Origin: Octopus sinensis
Taxonomy: Eukaryota
Assembly: GCF_006345805.1 (NCBI RefSeq)
Contig: NC_042998.1
Location: 162,564,001-162,628,000, forward strand
DNA: 64,000 bases
Direction of reading: 5' to 3'
Numbering within the stretch: the stretch's first letter is position 1; every line of letters begins with the position of its first letter. The notes beneath the pieces were generated by a model, which was given only the letters and a program-made list of their open reading frames with translations, searched no databases and had not been told where the DNA came from. The translations under genes were made by a program, and so were the position numbers. Positions 26,398 through 41,486 of the stretch are shown piece by piece.

Positions 26398-27884
26398 CAC
26401 ACACACATATATATATATTACTTAGATAACTGTACACATATAAATAACCAAACACGCCATTCTACTGTCACATATAACCACACACCAGTGTGATAGATAT
26501 CTTTTTATCTATATATATACACACACAAACATATATATATATATATATACGTACATACATGTATATATATGTATGCATTTATAAATATACATGTACATGC
26601 ATGTAACCACCAAATACATGCACAAACCTTTTACATCCCTAACAGAAACATACACATATACAATCACACCCACATGCATATACCACACACATATATACAC
26701 ATATACATACATACCCTAAATTTCCCTATTACCACAGTGAAACACACTATCATATTCTCCATCCTACACATATTATGAAATACTTCAAAAGCCAGTATTG
26801 ATTAAAACCTTCTGCAGATGTTTTCCTTAAAGCCAAATCTAACCATTTTTCTTGGGCCTTTTTTACTTTATTTTCGTGTATTTTTTAAAATTTTATTTTA
26901 ATTTTATTTCAATTTTCTCCATATTTTTTTTTACTTTTTATTTTGAAATGTATTTCATGGGAAAACGTTTTTATTTATTTTATTTTATTACATTTTTTAT
27001 TTTTTATTTTTTAATCTCCAAACTTACTTTCTCCAACTGATAAATTTCAAAATATTGTCACAGATTTTTATTTATTTTTAGTTCATGATGTTGCTATTGT
27101 TTTCCCCCCATCTTGTTGCTGTTCGTGTTGTTGTTGTTGTTATTACTTCTATAGTTGTTTTTGCTGACTTGTTTGGTCCTTGTTTTGTTTGCTTTTTTTA
27201 ATATCTTTTGCATGCTTTTCTCCTCCATCACCTCCCCTTCTCTCTCTCTTTCACTCTCTTTCCAAATGCACTCATGTACACACATTCACACATATATAGG
27301 CTCAAAAGCCATGCTCACCACCCCCATCATAATCATCATCATCACACACAAATGTACAGAGAACTACATGTACGATCTCCATGGCACACACACACACATG
27401 CATGAAGACTGAAGAAGACACCCTTTTGTTGTCTTGCCTGTCTTTAGGTATTCCTCTCTGAAGTACCCTATGTCCATTATCTGCAATAAAAATATAATCA
27501 ATCTGAAGGAAGAAATTATTAAATAAATAAACAAATAAATAAATAGATCTCACCATTCTATCATAAACATTAAAAAAAAAACCTGAAAATTTCCCTTGAA
27601 CATTTTTGAAATAGGAATTGGTTCCTGACACTGTCAAAAGTCTGATAATTAAAATGCAATTATTATTATTACTGTTGTTGTTGCTGCTGTTGTTGTTGTT
27701 GTTGTTGTTGTTGTCATCAACAACATCATCATCGTCGTCATTGTTATTGTAGTCATTCTGAAAGAAATGCCTGCAACATAGAATAAGAGATAAGTTCTCT
27801 TCTTTGGAAGAGGCAATATGAGGATGGAAGTGAGTGTGGTCAGTTTGACATGAGTAAATTTCTATTCACCAATCCCCCCCTTTA

Positions 27885-28029
27885 TAAGTTTTGAGTTCAA
27901 ATTCTGCTGCAGTCAACTTTGCCTATCATCTTTTTCAGGTTAATAAAATAAGTGCTAATAGAATATTGAGGTCAATGTAATCGACTTACTCCCTCTCCCA
28001 AAATTTCAGGCCTTGTGCCTATTATAGAA

Positions 28030-28077
<48 letters not shown>

Positions 28078-28745
28078 AATAATAATAATAATAATAAGGC
28101 AGTGAGATAATAGAATCATTAGCATGCTGAGCAAAATGCATAGCAGTAAATTTCCCATCTTTGCATTCTGAGTTCAAATTCTCCCAAGGTCGATTTTGCC
28201 TTTCATCCTTTCGGGGTCAGTGAATTAAGTATCACTTGAGTATTGGGGTCAATGTAATTGACTTAACCACCCAACACAAAAAAAATTTCAGGCCTCGTGC
28301 CTATATTAGAAAGGATTATTATTAGTTCTATTGTCATAAAGTGGCAAACTGGTAAAACTGTTAGCATACTGAGCAAAACGCTTAGCAGCATTTTGTTCTG
28401 AGCTCAAATTACAGCAAGGTCAACTTTGCCTTTCATACTTTCAGGGTTGATAAAATAAGTATCAATTGAACCTTGGGGGTCGAAGTAATTGACATGCCCC
28501 CTCTCCTGAAATTGCTGGCCTTGTGCTAAAATTTGTAATCATTGTTAAGGGAATAAGCTGACAGAATTGTTACTGCATTGTAGAAAAAGCTTTGTAGCAT
28601 TTCTTCTGACACTTCATGTTCTGAATTCAAATCCTGCTTTCCTTTTTCAGAGGCCAAGAATATAACGTATCAGTCAAATACATGGGTCACTATAATCAAC
28701 AAACTTACCTCTTCATAAAATTGCTGGCCTTCTGCAAAAACTTGA
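27885..28745 (+). mobile_element. Head-to-tail cluster of 4 SINE family B copies
   Basis: Repeated units separated by (ATT)n/(AAT)n. Confidence 0.85.
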
Positions 28746-28864
28746 AATTATTGTTGATATTATTTTTGTTGTTGCTTCCTTTTGAAAAATATCTGGTTTG
28801 TCAATATGTTAAGTGTTTTCCTTCTTAAAACAAGAATTAGATACACCTTAGAAAACAAAACATA

Positions 28865-29402
28865 CTCTCTTTACTCTTTTACTTGTTTCAGTCATTTTGA
28901 CTGCGGCCATGCTGGAGCACTGCCTTTAGTCGAGCAAATCGACCTCAGGACTTATTCTTTGTAAGCCTAGTACTTATTCTATCCCTTTCTTTTACCGAAC
29001 CTCTAACTGCTAAGTTACAGGGACGTAAACACACCAGCATTGGTTGTCAAGTGGTTCCCAAAAATTTTTATAAATTTTTTTTTCCACAAATATTTTTTTG
29101 TCAAAATATGCGGAAAAATGCGGAGATTTTCTACTTAGGGTTAGGGTTTTAGGGTTACGGAAAAAGTGAAAAATGAAGAAATTGGGGAGGAGTAAGGTGG
29201 GGGGGGGCAACACACACACGCACACATATATACATATATACGATGGGCTTCTTTTAGTTTTCGTCTACCAAATCCACTCACGGCTTTGGTCAGCCCGAGG
29301 TTATAGTAGAAGACACTTGCCCAGGGTGTCGCCCAGTGGGAATGAACCCGGAACCATGTGGTTGGTAAGCAAGCTACTTACCACACGGCCACTCCTGCAC
29401 CT
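28865..29402 (-). mobile_element. SINE family A with ~140-bp internal insertion
   Basis: Colinear with family A except 29054-29195. Confidence 0.9.
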
Positions 29403-29649
29403 ATAAAATTATTCAAGGTTAACACAAATGTCCAAGGTAAACAACTTCTGTGTGACAATACCCAAGCAGAATTTCTAATGTACATATACTGAGATAGTGC
29501 GTGTTTAATTCTAAGTCAGTGTTAGTTTCTTTACAGAAAAGGTTGCATATCATTACAGATATGCCAATAACAAATGGAACGATAGACACAATCCTTAGCT
29601 GCCATAATGTTTTAATTCAGCAACTAAATTGGTGTAAACCCTTAGTTTT

Positions 29650-29962
29650 TCTGTTGTTGTTGTTGTTCTTTTTCTTTTTAACTCAGGTTTTGTTAGAACT
29701 CTCAGTGTCTTGCATGCATAGAAGGCTTGCTGCCTGCAGCCTATGGTACCATGCTATCTGTTCTTTTCAACTATCTAATACTTTCCTGATTATTCTGGCC
29801 TTGCTAAGGAGGCAAAACTTTTGTATCAGCTCTACGAGTCACTCTATTCTGATTTCCTTTATATTCCTTTTGATTCCTTCTGACACTGTCTTCAAGTACC
29901 TAACAATAATTGGCACTATCTTCACCATCTTCATTTTCCATAGCTGGGCTATTTTGTACTTA
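29650..29962 (-). mobile_element. R4/Dong-clade LINE 3' end (restriction-like endonuclease C-terminus)
   Basis: KYKIAQLWKMKMVKIVPIIVRYLKTVSEGIKRNIKEIRIE*LVELIQKFCLLSKARIIRKVLDS*; 5' junction abuts (TAA)n, 3' end has (AAC)n. Confidence 0.75.
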
Positions 29963-29984
29963 TTATTATTAGTAGTAGTAGTAG

Positions 29985-31650
<1,666 letters not shown>

Positions 31651-32129
31651 CCATTATTATTATTATTATCATTATTAATATTATTATTATTGATTCTCCA
31701 TATCCTTCTAATCCCTATCCTCTTAGTTTGGTTTTTCCTTATCATTATTGCTGTCCTCGACACTCCCACCATCAAGACCACCACCACCATCATCATCACT
31801 GCCATCATCATCGTTATCATCATTCATAAAGGAATTAAATTTGTTTCATATTTTGAATTTCACTCCCATCACTACTGCTCTCACCATCATCAACACTACC
31901 CTCCCCACCACTAAAAATTAGTTCCTCTTTCTTTTCATCTTTCTTTTCCTCCTCCTCCTCCCCTTCTCTCTACCCTAGAGAACAATTGAAGAAATAAAGC
32001 CACTTCCTTCCCTTCTCCCCCACTCCAAGTGACAATCAAGGTTACACTTCTTTTGTTCTTTTCAAAAGCCATTATTTTTCATAACTGATAGCATTTTGAT
32101 AAAAATTTGCCACACACCTCCAAAGCTGC

Positions 32130-32730
32130 TGCTGTCACCACCACCACCATCACCATTACAACCAGCAGCTCAGTCACCACCACCACCATGACCATTACAA
32201 CCAGCAGCAGCAGCACCACCACCACCACCACCATCATTATCACCAGCAGCACTACCACTACCACCATTACCACTACCATCACTACCACACCACTGTTACC
32301 ACCACCATCACCATTACTGCCACTACCACAACCAGCACCACCGTTACCATCAACATCACCATTACCACCACGATCACAACTGCCATGACTACCACACCAC
32401 CGTTACCATCACCATTTCCACCACTAACACAACCACCACCTTCACCACTACCACACCACTTTTACCACCACCACCACCACAACTTTTTACCACTTCCAGT
32501 ATTGACAATGCCACCACTACATTATTCCAAATCTGACACTAAAACAACTCCCCTCACTAACCCATCTGCCACTCCCTTGAACTACCATAACCACCACTAC
32601 CATCATCATATTTGATACTCTCACCATTACAACCAGCACTACTGCCACAACTACCACCTCCACTAATACCAGACCATTGCCACCACTGCCACCATCACCA
32701 CCTCCACCTCCACCTCCTTCACCATAATAG
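32130..32730. repeat. (ACC)n-rich cryptic simple repeat
   Basis: Direct reading. Confidence 0.9.
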
Positions 32731-34621
32731 TGGTTTTTCTCTAATATATTTATATTGTAAATTTCATTTAATACTAAGTTGAATTTTTCCCTGTAAGTTT
32801 GGAGTTATACTCCCTAATATTATATATATATTTGATTAATGTGAGAGATGGAAGATATGAGAATGTTTATTAATCATTATAATTGTTTTGATCTATATAA
32901 CCTCGGTCTCTCATAGGTGGGATACTTAACAACCAGTTTAAGAGTATCCATTGATGTAAATGTTTCTCTTCAGGTGATTACAAGATGTTTTACATTTAAA
33001 TAAAGACTGTTCCACAAGATATCTCCTCAGTTTGTGTATAAAGTAGCAGCAAATTAAGAGATATAGCTTCATTTTTATAGAAGATCAATAATGAATAACA
33101 GATGCAAAAGAAACAAATACACAATACAGGGAAAAAAGTATTAAATATAAACATTTACAAATATGGACGTATCAGTCATATATCTGAATAAGAAGCACAC
33201 TCTAAAACATTAGAGCCGTAGTATATTTAGAAGGTTGTTTGTTAAGACCAGTTAGAAAGTTACCATTGGTTTCACGACTATGAAGTGCTTAGCAGTATAA
33301 GGCAACTCAACAGACTCAAATGGTACATAACATCTCTACAAGTGGAGGGAGGAAAACTGGTTAGAGAGTGACCATTGATTTTGCTCCAGTTGTAGAGAGG
33401 TTATGCGCCTCCAGTCATTTGAGTCTGACAAGTTGCCTATATAGCTAAATGCTTTATAGGTGCAAAACCAATGGTCTTTCTCCTTCAAACCATAGGAAAC
33501 AATCTTCTAAATATGTGTGTGTGTGTTTGTTTGTGTGTATGTGTGTATGTATAAATGTGTATGTATGTGTGTATGTGAAATGGTTGGCATTAGGAAGGGT
33601 TCCACCTGTAAAAACCAAGCCAAAACGGACTATGGCACCCAGTTTGTCCCCTGGCCTTACTAGTTCCAGTCAAGCCATCCAATCCATGCTAGCATATAAA
33701 ACAGATGTTAGATGGTGATGATGATGATGAATGTGAATAGATAAGCATTACATTTGACTGAGTAATCTTAATACTAATGGATTAACTCTGATTAAGCCTA
33801 ATTCAACAAATTTATGTTTAAAGGCATTCCAGCTGTGACCAACTTGTTTTTCTGACATTTAATGAGTTCTTCCATTTTTAAAGGTGATTTGGCTGCTGTT
33901 TCTAGCTTGTTGAGCAACATCTTAGAGAAACACCCAGTGACTCATGTGTCATATCAATTGTTGCCTTTACTGATGTTGCTCATGGTTTTTGCTTAATATA
34001 GGCATATACAGAATAATTTGTTATTTAGTGTGGTCATAAATATTTGGCATATTTCTGGGGTTTCCTAGTTTATTTTCACATCCATATTTCTGTTTCTGCA
34101 CTTGACTGAAAGGAAGTGACCATATTTTTTTTCAAGGTTTTATTACTTTTATTATTTATTTATGTATTCATTCATTTTTTTCACATGTTGAAACTTGAGT
34201 TTTATGAAAGGAAAAGAAAAGAAAACTGTCAAGATGGCAGAAGTAAAACTGAAGACATTTAATTTCAATCTGGCTCTGCGGATGTTTGGTTTGCAAAGTA
34301 AATTTTGTGTAAGATCTCTTTATTAATAGATATAAATGATATTTCTTTAGATAAATGAGGAAACTATGGATTAAGTTTCAGGTATTTTGTTTATACACCT
34401 TATGTGTGATATTTCAATTTAAAGGAAAAACTGGAATTGAAATTGTTATGTTCTATCAGAACTGAGGCTTTAAAAAACATACTTAAAGTACATTAATGCT
34501 ACTAGAAATAGAGTATCTTGCACATGGAGTGATGACAGGTTCAAAGTAGCCAATACTTCATAAACAAGGTGTGAGGTGATTTTAACCTTATTTGCACATT
34601 TAATACAAGACTAAGTAAAGA

Positions 34622-34830
34622 CAGTAAGCTGGCAAAATTGTTAGCATGCTGGGTAAAATGCTAAGCAATTTTTCAGTTCTGAGTTCAAATTCTGCCACGG
34701 TCAACTTTGTCTTTCAGTCTTTCATCCTTTTGGAGTCAATAAAATAAGTACCAGTTGAATACTGAGGTTGATGTAACTGACTTAACCCTCCCCTAAAATT
34801 GCTGGCCTTGTGCCAAAATTTGAAACCAAC
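34622..34830 (+). mobile_element. SINE family B
   Basis: AAGCTGGCAAAATTGTTAGCATG..GGCCTTGTGCCAAAATTTGAAACC. Confidence 0.8.
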
Positions 34831-34890
34831 ATAAGACTAAGCAAACCTCAGTTTATAATAAACAAGTACAGAATATTTGCTTATTCTTAA

Positions 34891-35108
34891 CCCTTTCGTT
34901 ACTGTATTTATTTGAGATGCTCTGGGTTTCTTTCAATTAATTTTAAAAATAACTAAGAATTTAGTAAAATAACTTTATCATTAAGCTAGTGTTAGGAACA
35001 TAAATTATGACTAAGGTTTGGTGGAAGATTTTAATTCAAAATTTATGAAAACAAGACATTTGTACTACAGAGCCAGAGGCAGTTTCAGCCAGGTTGGCAT
35101 CAAAAGGG
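34891..35108. mobile_element. piggyBac-type MITE
   Basis: TTAA|CCCTTT..AAAAGGG|TTTC (right TSD degenerate). Confidence 0.7.
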
Positions 35109-35155
35109 TTTCCTAATGCCAAATATATAACATCCTTTATCAGAGAACTATTTCT

Positions 35156-37544
35156 GGTGCAGTCATGACTGTGTGATTACGATGCTCTCAATGCAGTCAT
35201 ATGGTTTCAGATTCAGGTTCCACTGCAAGACACCTTTGGCAAGTATCTTCTACTATAACTCTGAACTGTGAGTGAATTTGGTACACAGAAACTGAGTGGA
35301 AGCTCATCATGTCTATGCATATATGTATGTGTATGTTTGTCTTTGTGTTTTCCTTTGTGTTTGCCTGCTGACAACTGGTGAAAGTTTGTTTACATTCTTG
35401 TAACCGTTGTAGGGAATTAGTAATAAAGGTGCACCCCTCCTACGCGACAAATGGAGTAACCTAGTCACTATAAGTAAAGAGAAGTACATAAAGTACCAGA
35501 GTATATAGTAGGTGGTCAGAGATAGTCATGTCTTTACTGGTTTTACTAAGTATACTGTATACTGACGTGGGTATTATAACAATCTAGCAGTAACAGTGGT
35601 GATGAGGATTTAAACAACTCACAAAGAATTAATAAACACTACAAGGAATTAACAACTCACAAAGAATTGAGGTGTTAACAAACTCACAAAAGATTTTGTT
35701 GTGCAAATTTTATGGAAAAAATCATAAAATTGTGGAAAATCTGTTGGCCAGTTTGCTCAAGTTGAAAAACAGCAACAACAGTGACTGAAAGAACAATAAC
35801 AGCAATCGCTACAGCTAAAAGAACAGCTGAATACCATCAACAGCAACAACTAAAAGAACAATTACTATCACAGCAACAAATGCTGAAAATTAATGAAGTC
35901 ATCAGGAAACTCAGGAAAAGTGTTCTCGCCAGACTGTCACCAACTCCATAACAGACTTCAAATACAAACCTGATGAAGGAGTAACCTACGAAGCATACTA
36001 CAGAAGATATAAGCAAATCTTCGTAAAAGAATGTAAAGATTGGGACGACAAGATGAAAACTCACTTAATCTTGAGAAAACTGGCTGCAACAGAACATGAA
36101 TAATACAGTAAATATGTACTCCCAAGAAAACCTTCAGGCATAAACTTTAATGACACAATAAATATTTTGTGTAAAATTTTTAGTGAAAAATTTTCATTGT
36201 TCAGCACACATTGGAAGTGTCTGAACATAGTGAAAAACAATGATGACGACTACATCACATATGCTGGTAGAGTAAAAAGAGAATGCGAGAAGTTTAAGCT
36301 GAACGAATTAATGGCAGATATGTTCAAATACCTGATTTTTAAACTGCTGAAAAGGATGCAGAAGTTAGAACTAGAATTCTTGGTAAGCTGGAACAAAACC
36401 AGGATGCAACGCTGCAGCAAGTGTCAGAAGAATGTGAAAGGATGCTAAAATTAAGATACAACACAGAGAAAATTGAACATAGAGATTATTTCAAAGTAAA
36501 GCAAGTGTGAAATAAACAGAATAGAGATAAAGTGTTTTCTCAAAATCATGACAAAAATCAGGAAATAAACCCATGTTTTGTATGTGGAGGTATACACCTG
36601 GAGAAAAATTGTCCATTTAAGAAAGCAGAGTTCTTTCATTGTGGTAATGTCAGATATATAAAGATGCACTGTAGAACGAAGATGACAAAATGTCAGAACA
36701 AAGGAAAAAGAATAAATAGTATGTCATCAGAAGATTTTGGTAATATGACGATGAGAAAATTCGTGAAAATGGAAATCAAAAATACAAGTGTTAAAATGAA
36801 ATTAGACACTGGAAGTGATATCACCATTATAAACAAACAAAAAAAACCTGGAAATATGTTGGTAGCCGAAATTAATTAAATCTAAAAAAGGTAGCACATG
36901 ATGTTACGAGAAAAAAAATTTTAATTTTTTTTGGTGAATTTGTATGTAGTGTAACATTCTGAGTTCATGGAAAGCAAACTAAAGAAGTTGGAGTAACTGA
37001 TGAAATGGTTGTATATGTTCCAAGTATCAACACCACTGCAGGTGATTGAACCCAGGTGTACAAGGAAGAGGAAAAGAAAACATACAGAGTTCCTAAAAGT
37101 AGAAACCAAGCACAAAAAATATTAAATTGTACAAAAAAACCTCAAAAATGAAGGTGGGCTAAATGAAAAAATTATTGCTAAATAAAATGACACTTCCTAA
37201 GTAAAACTTTAAAGGGAAGACATAGGGAATCAGTAATAATGGTACACCCCTCTCACATGACGAATGGAATAAACTAGTCACTATAAGTAAAGAGAAGTAC
37301 ATAAAGTACCAGAGTATGTAGTAGGTGGTCAGAGACAGTCTTGTCTTTACTGGTTTTACTAAGTATACAGTCTACTGAAGTGGGTATTATAATAATCCAA
37401 CATTTTAAGGACTATAACGGTAACTTAGCTGTTCAGCAAAAGAAAATGATAAAATAAGTACAGGGGTTTAATTTATTCAACTAAACCCTTAAAGGCAGAA
37501 CCCCAGCATGGCTGTAGTTTGATGACTGATATAAGTAAAAGATA
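35156..37544 (+). mobile_element. SINE family A split by the gypsy insertion (35156-35404 and 37420-37544)
   Basis: Family A consensus ..GTAAC|TTAGC.. resumes at 37420. Confidence 0.75.
35408..37419 (+). mobile_element. Internally deleted Ty3/gypsy LTR retrotransposon (Mag-like)
   Basis: ~190-bp LTRs (35408-35595; 37221-~37419); PBS-like TGGTGATGAGG; PPT AAAGGGAAGA; gag remnant (FKYKPDEGVTYEAYYRRY), zinc knuckle CFVCGGIHLEKNC, protease LDTGSDITII; no RT/RNase H/integrase core. Confidence 0.9.
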
Positions 37545-37983
37545 AAAAATTACATGAATAATGAAATCAATGCATCTAGTACTTAAGTAGGCTCAGTTAT
37601 GGGAACCCTGTAGGTAGTTTTTCTTTTTTATTAGAGATCATCACTTGCATGGGAACATGACAACAGTCCCAGTACAATGAATCACCTCTCATATCAAAGA
37701 GACAATCCTGCATATCATCATCCCCATTTTTTGTAACTAACCACAAAATCTAACAAAACCCTCAGCTGCTGCTGCTGGGCCTCATAATCTCTGTTAAATT
37801 TATCCCACATACAACATAGTTAAAACAGCATCCTGAGAGGATAAAAATTTTCTCTGCAGAGCCAAAAGGAATACCTCAGCTGTGAAATGAGAAATTCCTT
37901 TTTAAAAAAATTTCTTTCCCAAATGAAACCAGACCAGATTACCGCTGGATATTATTATTAATAATGTTTCCATTACTGTTAGT

Positions 37984-38510
37984 AAAATAACTGGGAAAAT
38001 TCACTTAAACAACCAGCACAGAATACGTATGCATACTCTCACATGCATACATTTACACACACAGACACACACATTTAAAAGCCTTCCCAAAATAATTCCA
38101 TAGATTCTATTTTCTACACCAGGGCAACATGAAAATAGACCAAAATATTCGGTCACAATAACTACAAGAAATTTATTGCAATTGACAAAAAACTTAACCT
38201 TGATCTTTTGTCAATTTCAACCACCCCAGAAAAAACACTTCTTTCTTTCTTTCTTTCTTTCTCTTTGTTTAAAAATTCACCACACACTCATGCTTACACA
38301 CACGTATAAACACAAATATAGACACAAAATGACAAAGAACACCTCAAATAACCACACCCAAAGAATCCTCTTTCCAAAACCAAAGGAAACAAATACAACT
38401 CCAGGCTTTTTTTTTTCTTTTTCCTGACTAACCCACATATATAGAAAAGGTATGAATTTTCTATAAGGAATCATTCATGACGAATAGCTGAAAAGGATGA
38501 AAGTACTAAA
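37984..38510 (+). repeat. ~500-bp unclassified dispersed repeat
   Basis: Homologous to 45703-46440 and, inverted, to 45346-45702. Confidence 0.75.
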
Positions 38511-38573
38511 TAAATAAATAGCTTTAATCTAAATCCTGACTATTTTCTTTTTCTTAATGTATAAAATTTGTAA

Positions 38574-38902
38574 GGTGGCGAGCTGGCAGAAAGGTTAGCA
38601 TGCCGGGTGAAATGCTTAGCGGTTTTTCGTCTGTCTTTACGTTCGGAGTTCAAACTCCGCTGAGGTCGACTTTGCCTTTCATCCTCTTGGGGTCAATAAA
38701 TTAAGTACCAGTTATGCACTGGGGTCAATGTAATCGAATTAATCCCTTTGTCTGTCCTTGTTTGTCCCCTCTATGTTTAGTTCTTTGTGGGCAACTTTGC
38801 CTTTTGGGGGTCGATAAATTAAGTACCAGTTGTGTACTGGGGTCAATCTAATCGACTGCCCCTCCCCCAAAATTTCAAGCCTTGTGCCCAGAGTAGAAAA
38901 GA
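38574..38902 (+). mobile_element. SINE family B, composite of two tail variants
   Basis: GGCGAGCTGGCAGAAAGGTTAGC head; two successive 3' modules. Confidence 0.85.
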
Positions 38903-39239
38903 ATGTATAAAATTTGTACACTGCTTCAAACATGATTGTGTGTGTGTTGTGCATGGATGCAATATACTTTGCAAGTTTATATAAGTGGGAGGATATGAAG
39001 AATTGGAAACTGAGATATGTAGTTAGGTCAAATTTTTAATTTGTGCCAGATTTCTATTTGTCCTCCGTCAGTGAGCACAACTGTTTATGATTAGTTGAAT
39101 GAAAATTAAAAGATCAAAAGATTTTCAAAGCAGAATCTAATTTGCTGAGATGCACAAAATGTGCAACCTGATGTGCAGTTCTAATACAGCAACTAATATT
39201 TTACATAGTTTTTTCAAGAGATAACATGACTATACATAC

Positions 39240-39270
<31 letters not shown>

Positions 39271-39440
39271 TGTATATGTATATGTGTGTGTGTGTGTGAA
39301 TGCAAATGCATACAAGCATACACATAAGAATGCTTGTTATGCAAAAACAGAGTCAATAAGAATCAGGAAGATCTTTGACATATATATGTGTGTGTGTGTA
39401 TAAATATACATATATATATATATAATATATATATATATAT

Positions 39441-39534
<94 letters not shown>

Positions 39535-39540
39535 TATATG

Positions 39541-39737
39541 AGGCGAGCTGGCAGAATCGTTAGCATGCCGGGCGAAATGAGTTCAAATTCCGCTGAGGTC
39601 AACTTTACCTTTCATCCTTTCGGGGTCGATAAATAAAGTACCATTTTTGCACTGGGGTCGAGATAATTAACTAAATCCCTTTGTCTGTCCTTGTTTGTCC
39701 CCTCTATGTTTAGCCCCTTGTGGGCAATAAAAGAAAT
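39541..39737 (+). mobile_element. SINE family B with internal deletion
   Basis: AGGCGAGCTGGCAGAATCGTTAGC..GAGTTCAAATTCC. Confidence 0.85.
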
Positions 39738-39928
39738 ATAAATATATATATAGCAGAAGACACTTGCCCAAGATGCCACGCAGTTGGACTGAACCTGGAA
39801 CCATGTAGTTGGTAAGCAAGCTACTACCACACAGCCACTCTTGCGCCTATATATATATATATATCATCATCATCATCATCATCACGTTAAATGATGATGA
39901 TGATGATGATGATATATATATATATATA

Positions 39929-40330
39929 GGCGCAAGAGTGGCTGTGTGGTAAGTAGCTTGCTTACCAACTACATGGTTCCAGGTTCAGTCCAACTGCGTG
40001 GCATCTTGGGCAAGTGTCTTCTGCTATAGTCCTGGGCCAACCAATGCCTTGTGAGTGGATTTGGTAGACAGAAACTGAAAGAAGCCTGTTGTATATATGT
40101 ATATATGTATGTGTGTGTGTGTGTGTTTGTGTGTCTGTGTTTGTCCCCCTAGCATTGCTTGACAACCAATGCTGGTGTGTTTACGTCCCTGTCACTTAGC
40201 GGTTCGGCAAAAGAGACCGATTGAATAAGTACTGGGCTTACAAAGAATAAGTCCCGGGGTTGATTTGCTCGACTAAAGGTGGTGCTCCAGCATGGCCACA
40301 GTCAAATGACTGAAACAAGTAAAAAAGAGT
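39929..40330 (+). mobile_element. SINE family A, full length; its 5' end is mirrored at 39749-39847
   Basis: Colinear with 18239-18669. Confidence 0.9.
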
Positions 40331-40632
40331 ATATATATACACATGTATATAGACAAATATACATATATATATATATAGAGAGAGAGAAAGTGACAGATTC
40401 ATCCAAAAGAAATAACTAAAAACACACACGCATGTAATGTAATATGCAGCATTATTTTGTTGTTGGAAATGATTTGAAATATAAAGTATATATTTCAAAG
40501 AAACAATTGAAAATAAATTCAAATATTAGAAAGTCTCACTATGAGTATAATAAAAATGTAAACTCATTCTTTCTATGGATGCATGTATATAATGTATGCA
40601 TACCTGCATTTATATATGTAATATGTGCATAT

Positions 40633-40988
40633 AGGCATAGGAGTGGCAGTGTGATAAGTAGCTTGCTTACCAGCCACATGGTTCCGGGTTCAGTCCCACT
40701 GCATGGCACCATGGGCAAGTGTCTTCTACTATAGCCTCGGACCGACCAAAACCTTGTGAGTAGATTTTGCAGACGGAAACTGAAAGAAGACCATCGTATA
40801 TATGTATATATATATGTATGTGTATATGTTTGTGTGTCTGTGTTTGTTGTTTGTCCCCCCATCGCTTGATGACCGATGCTGAATAAGTACTAGGCTTACA
40901 AAGAATAAGTCCTGGGGTCAATTTGCTTAAATAAAGGTGGTGCTCCAGCATGGCCACAGTCAAATGACTGAAACAAGTAAAAGAGAGT
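40633..40988 (+). mobile_element. SINE family A with internal deletion
   Basis: GATGCTG joined directly to AATAAGTAC. Confidence 0.9.
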
Positions 40989-41268
40989 GTGCGTCGGTTC
41001 ATATGAATGATGTACATTATCTGTGATGTATAGTGATATAGTTATACAACCAAAATGCTAAACTCCAATTTATATATGTATGAGGGGGTCACTACTTGGT
41101 TGCATGGTCTGCTGGAAACAAATCAAAACCCTTTCAATTTACAACTTCTTTACTTCCAAAATGGAAAGAAATAATGAATAATGTACTCTGAGAAAAGCTA
41201 TGACAAGATGGTCATGGTTAGATTCTTTTGAACATAAGTCTATTCGACCAGGGCTGAGCTTGGCTTAA

Positions 41269-41486
41269 CCTTTTAGCATTTTGAACTGGTTATATCTGGC
41301 TTGAATATTCTACCTGTTTTATGTTCAAATTGACCAGATTCAACCTCTCACACATACCCTACAATGTCATTCTAAAAGTAGGCAGTCATATCATTGAAAT
41401 TGTCATGTTACAATTAATGCAAAATTAATTCAGAACAATGTAAGTAAATAAGGATTACATTTGACAGTAATCTGAGCGCCAAAGGG
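41269..41486. mobile_element. piggyBac-type MITE
   Basis: TTAA|CCTTTTAGC..GCCAAAGGG|TTAA. Confidence 0.8.

Noticed and set aside
32955-32980. CTGAAGA-GAAAC on minus as a hammerhead
   Set aside because: No stem II between the motifs and no stem I pairing
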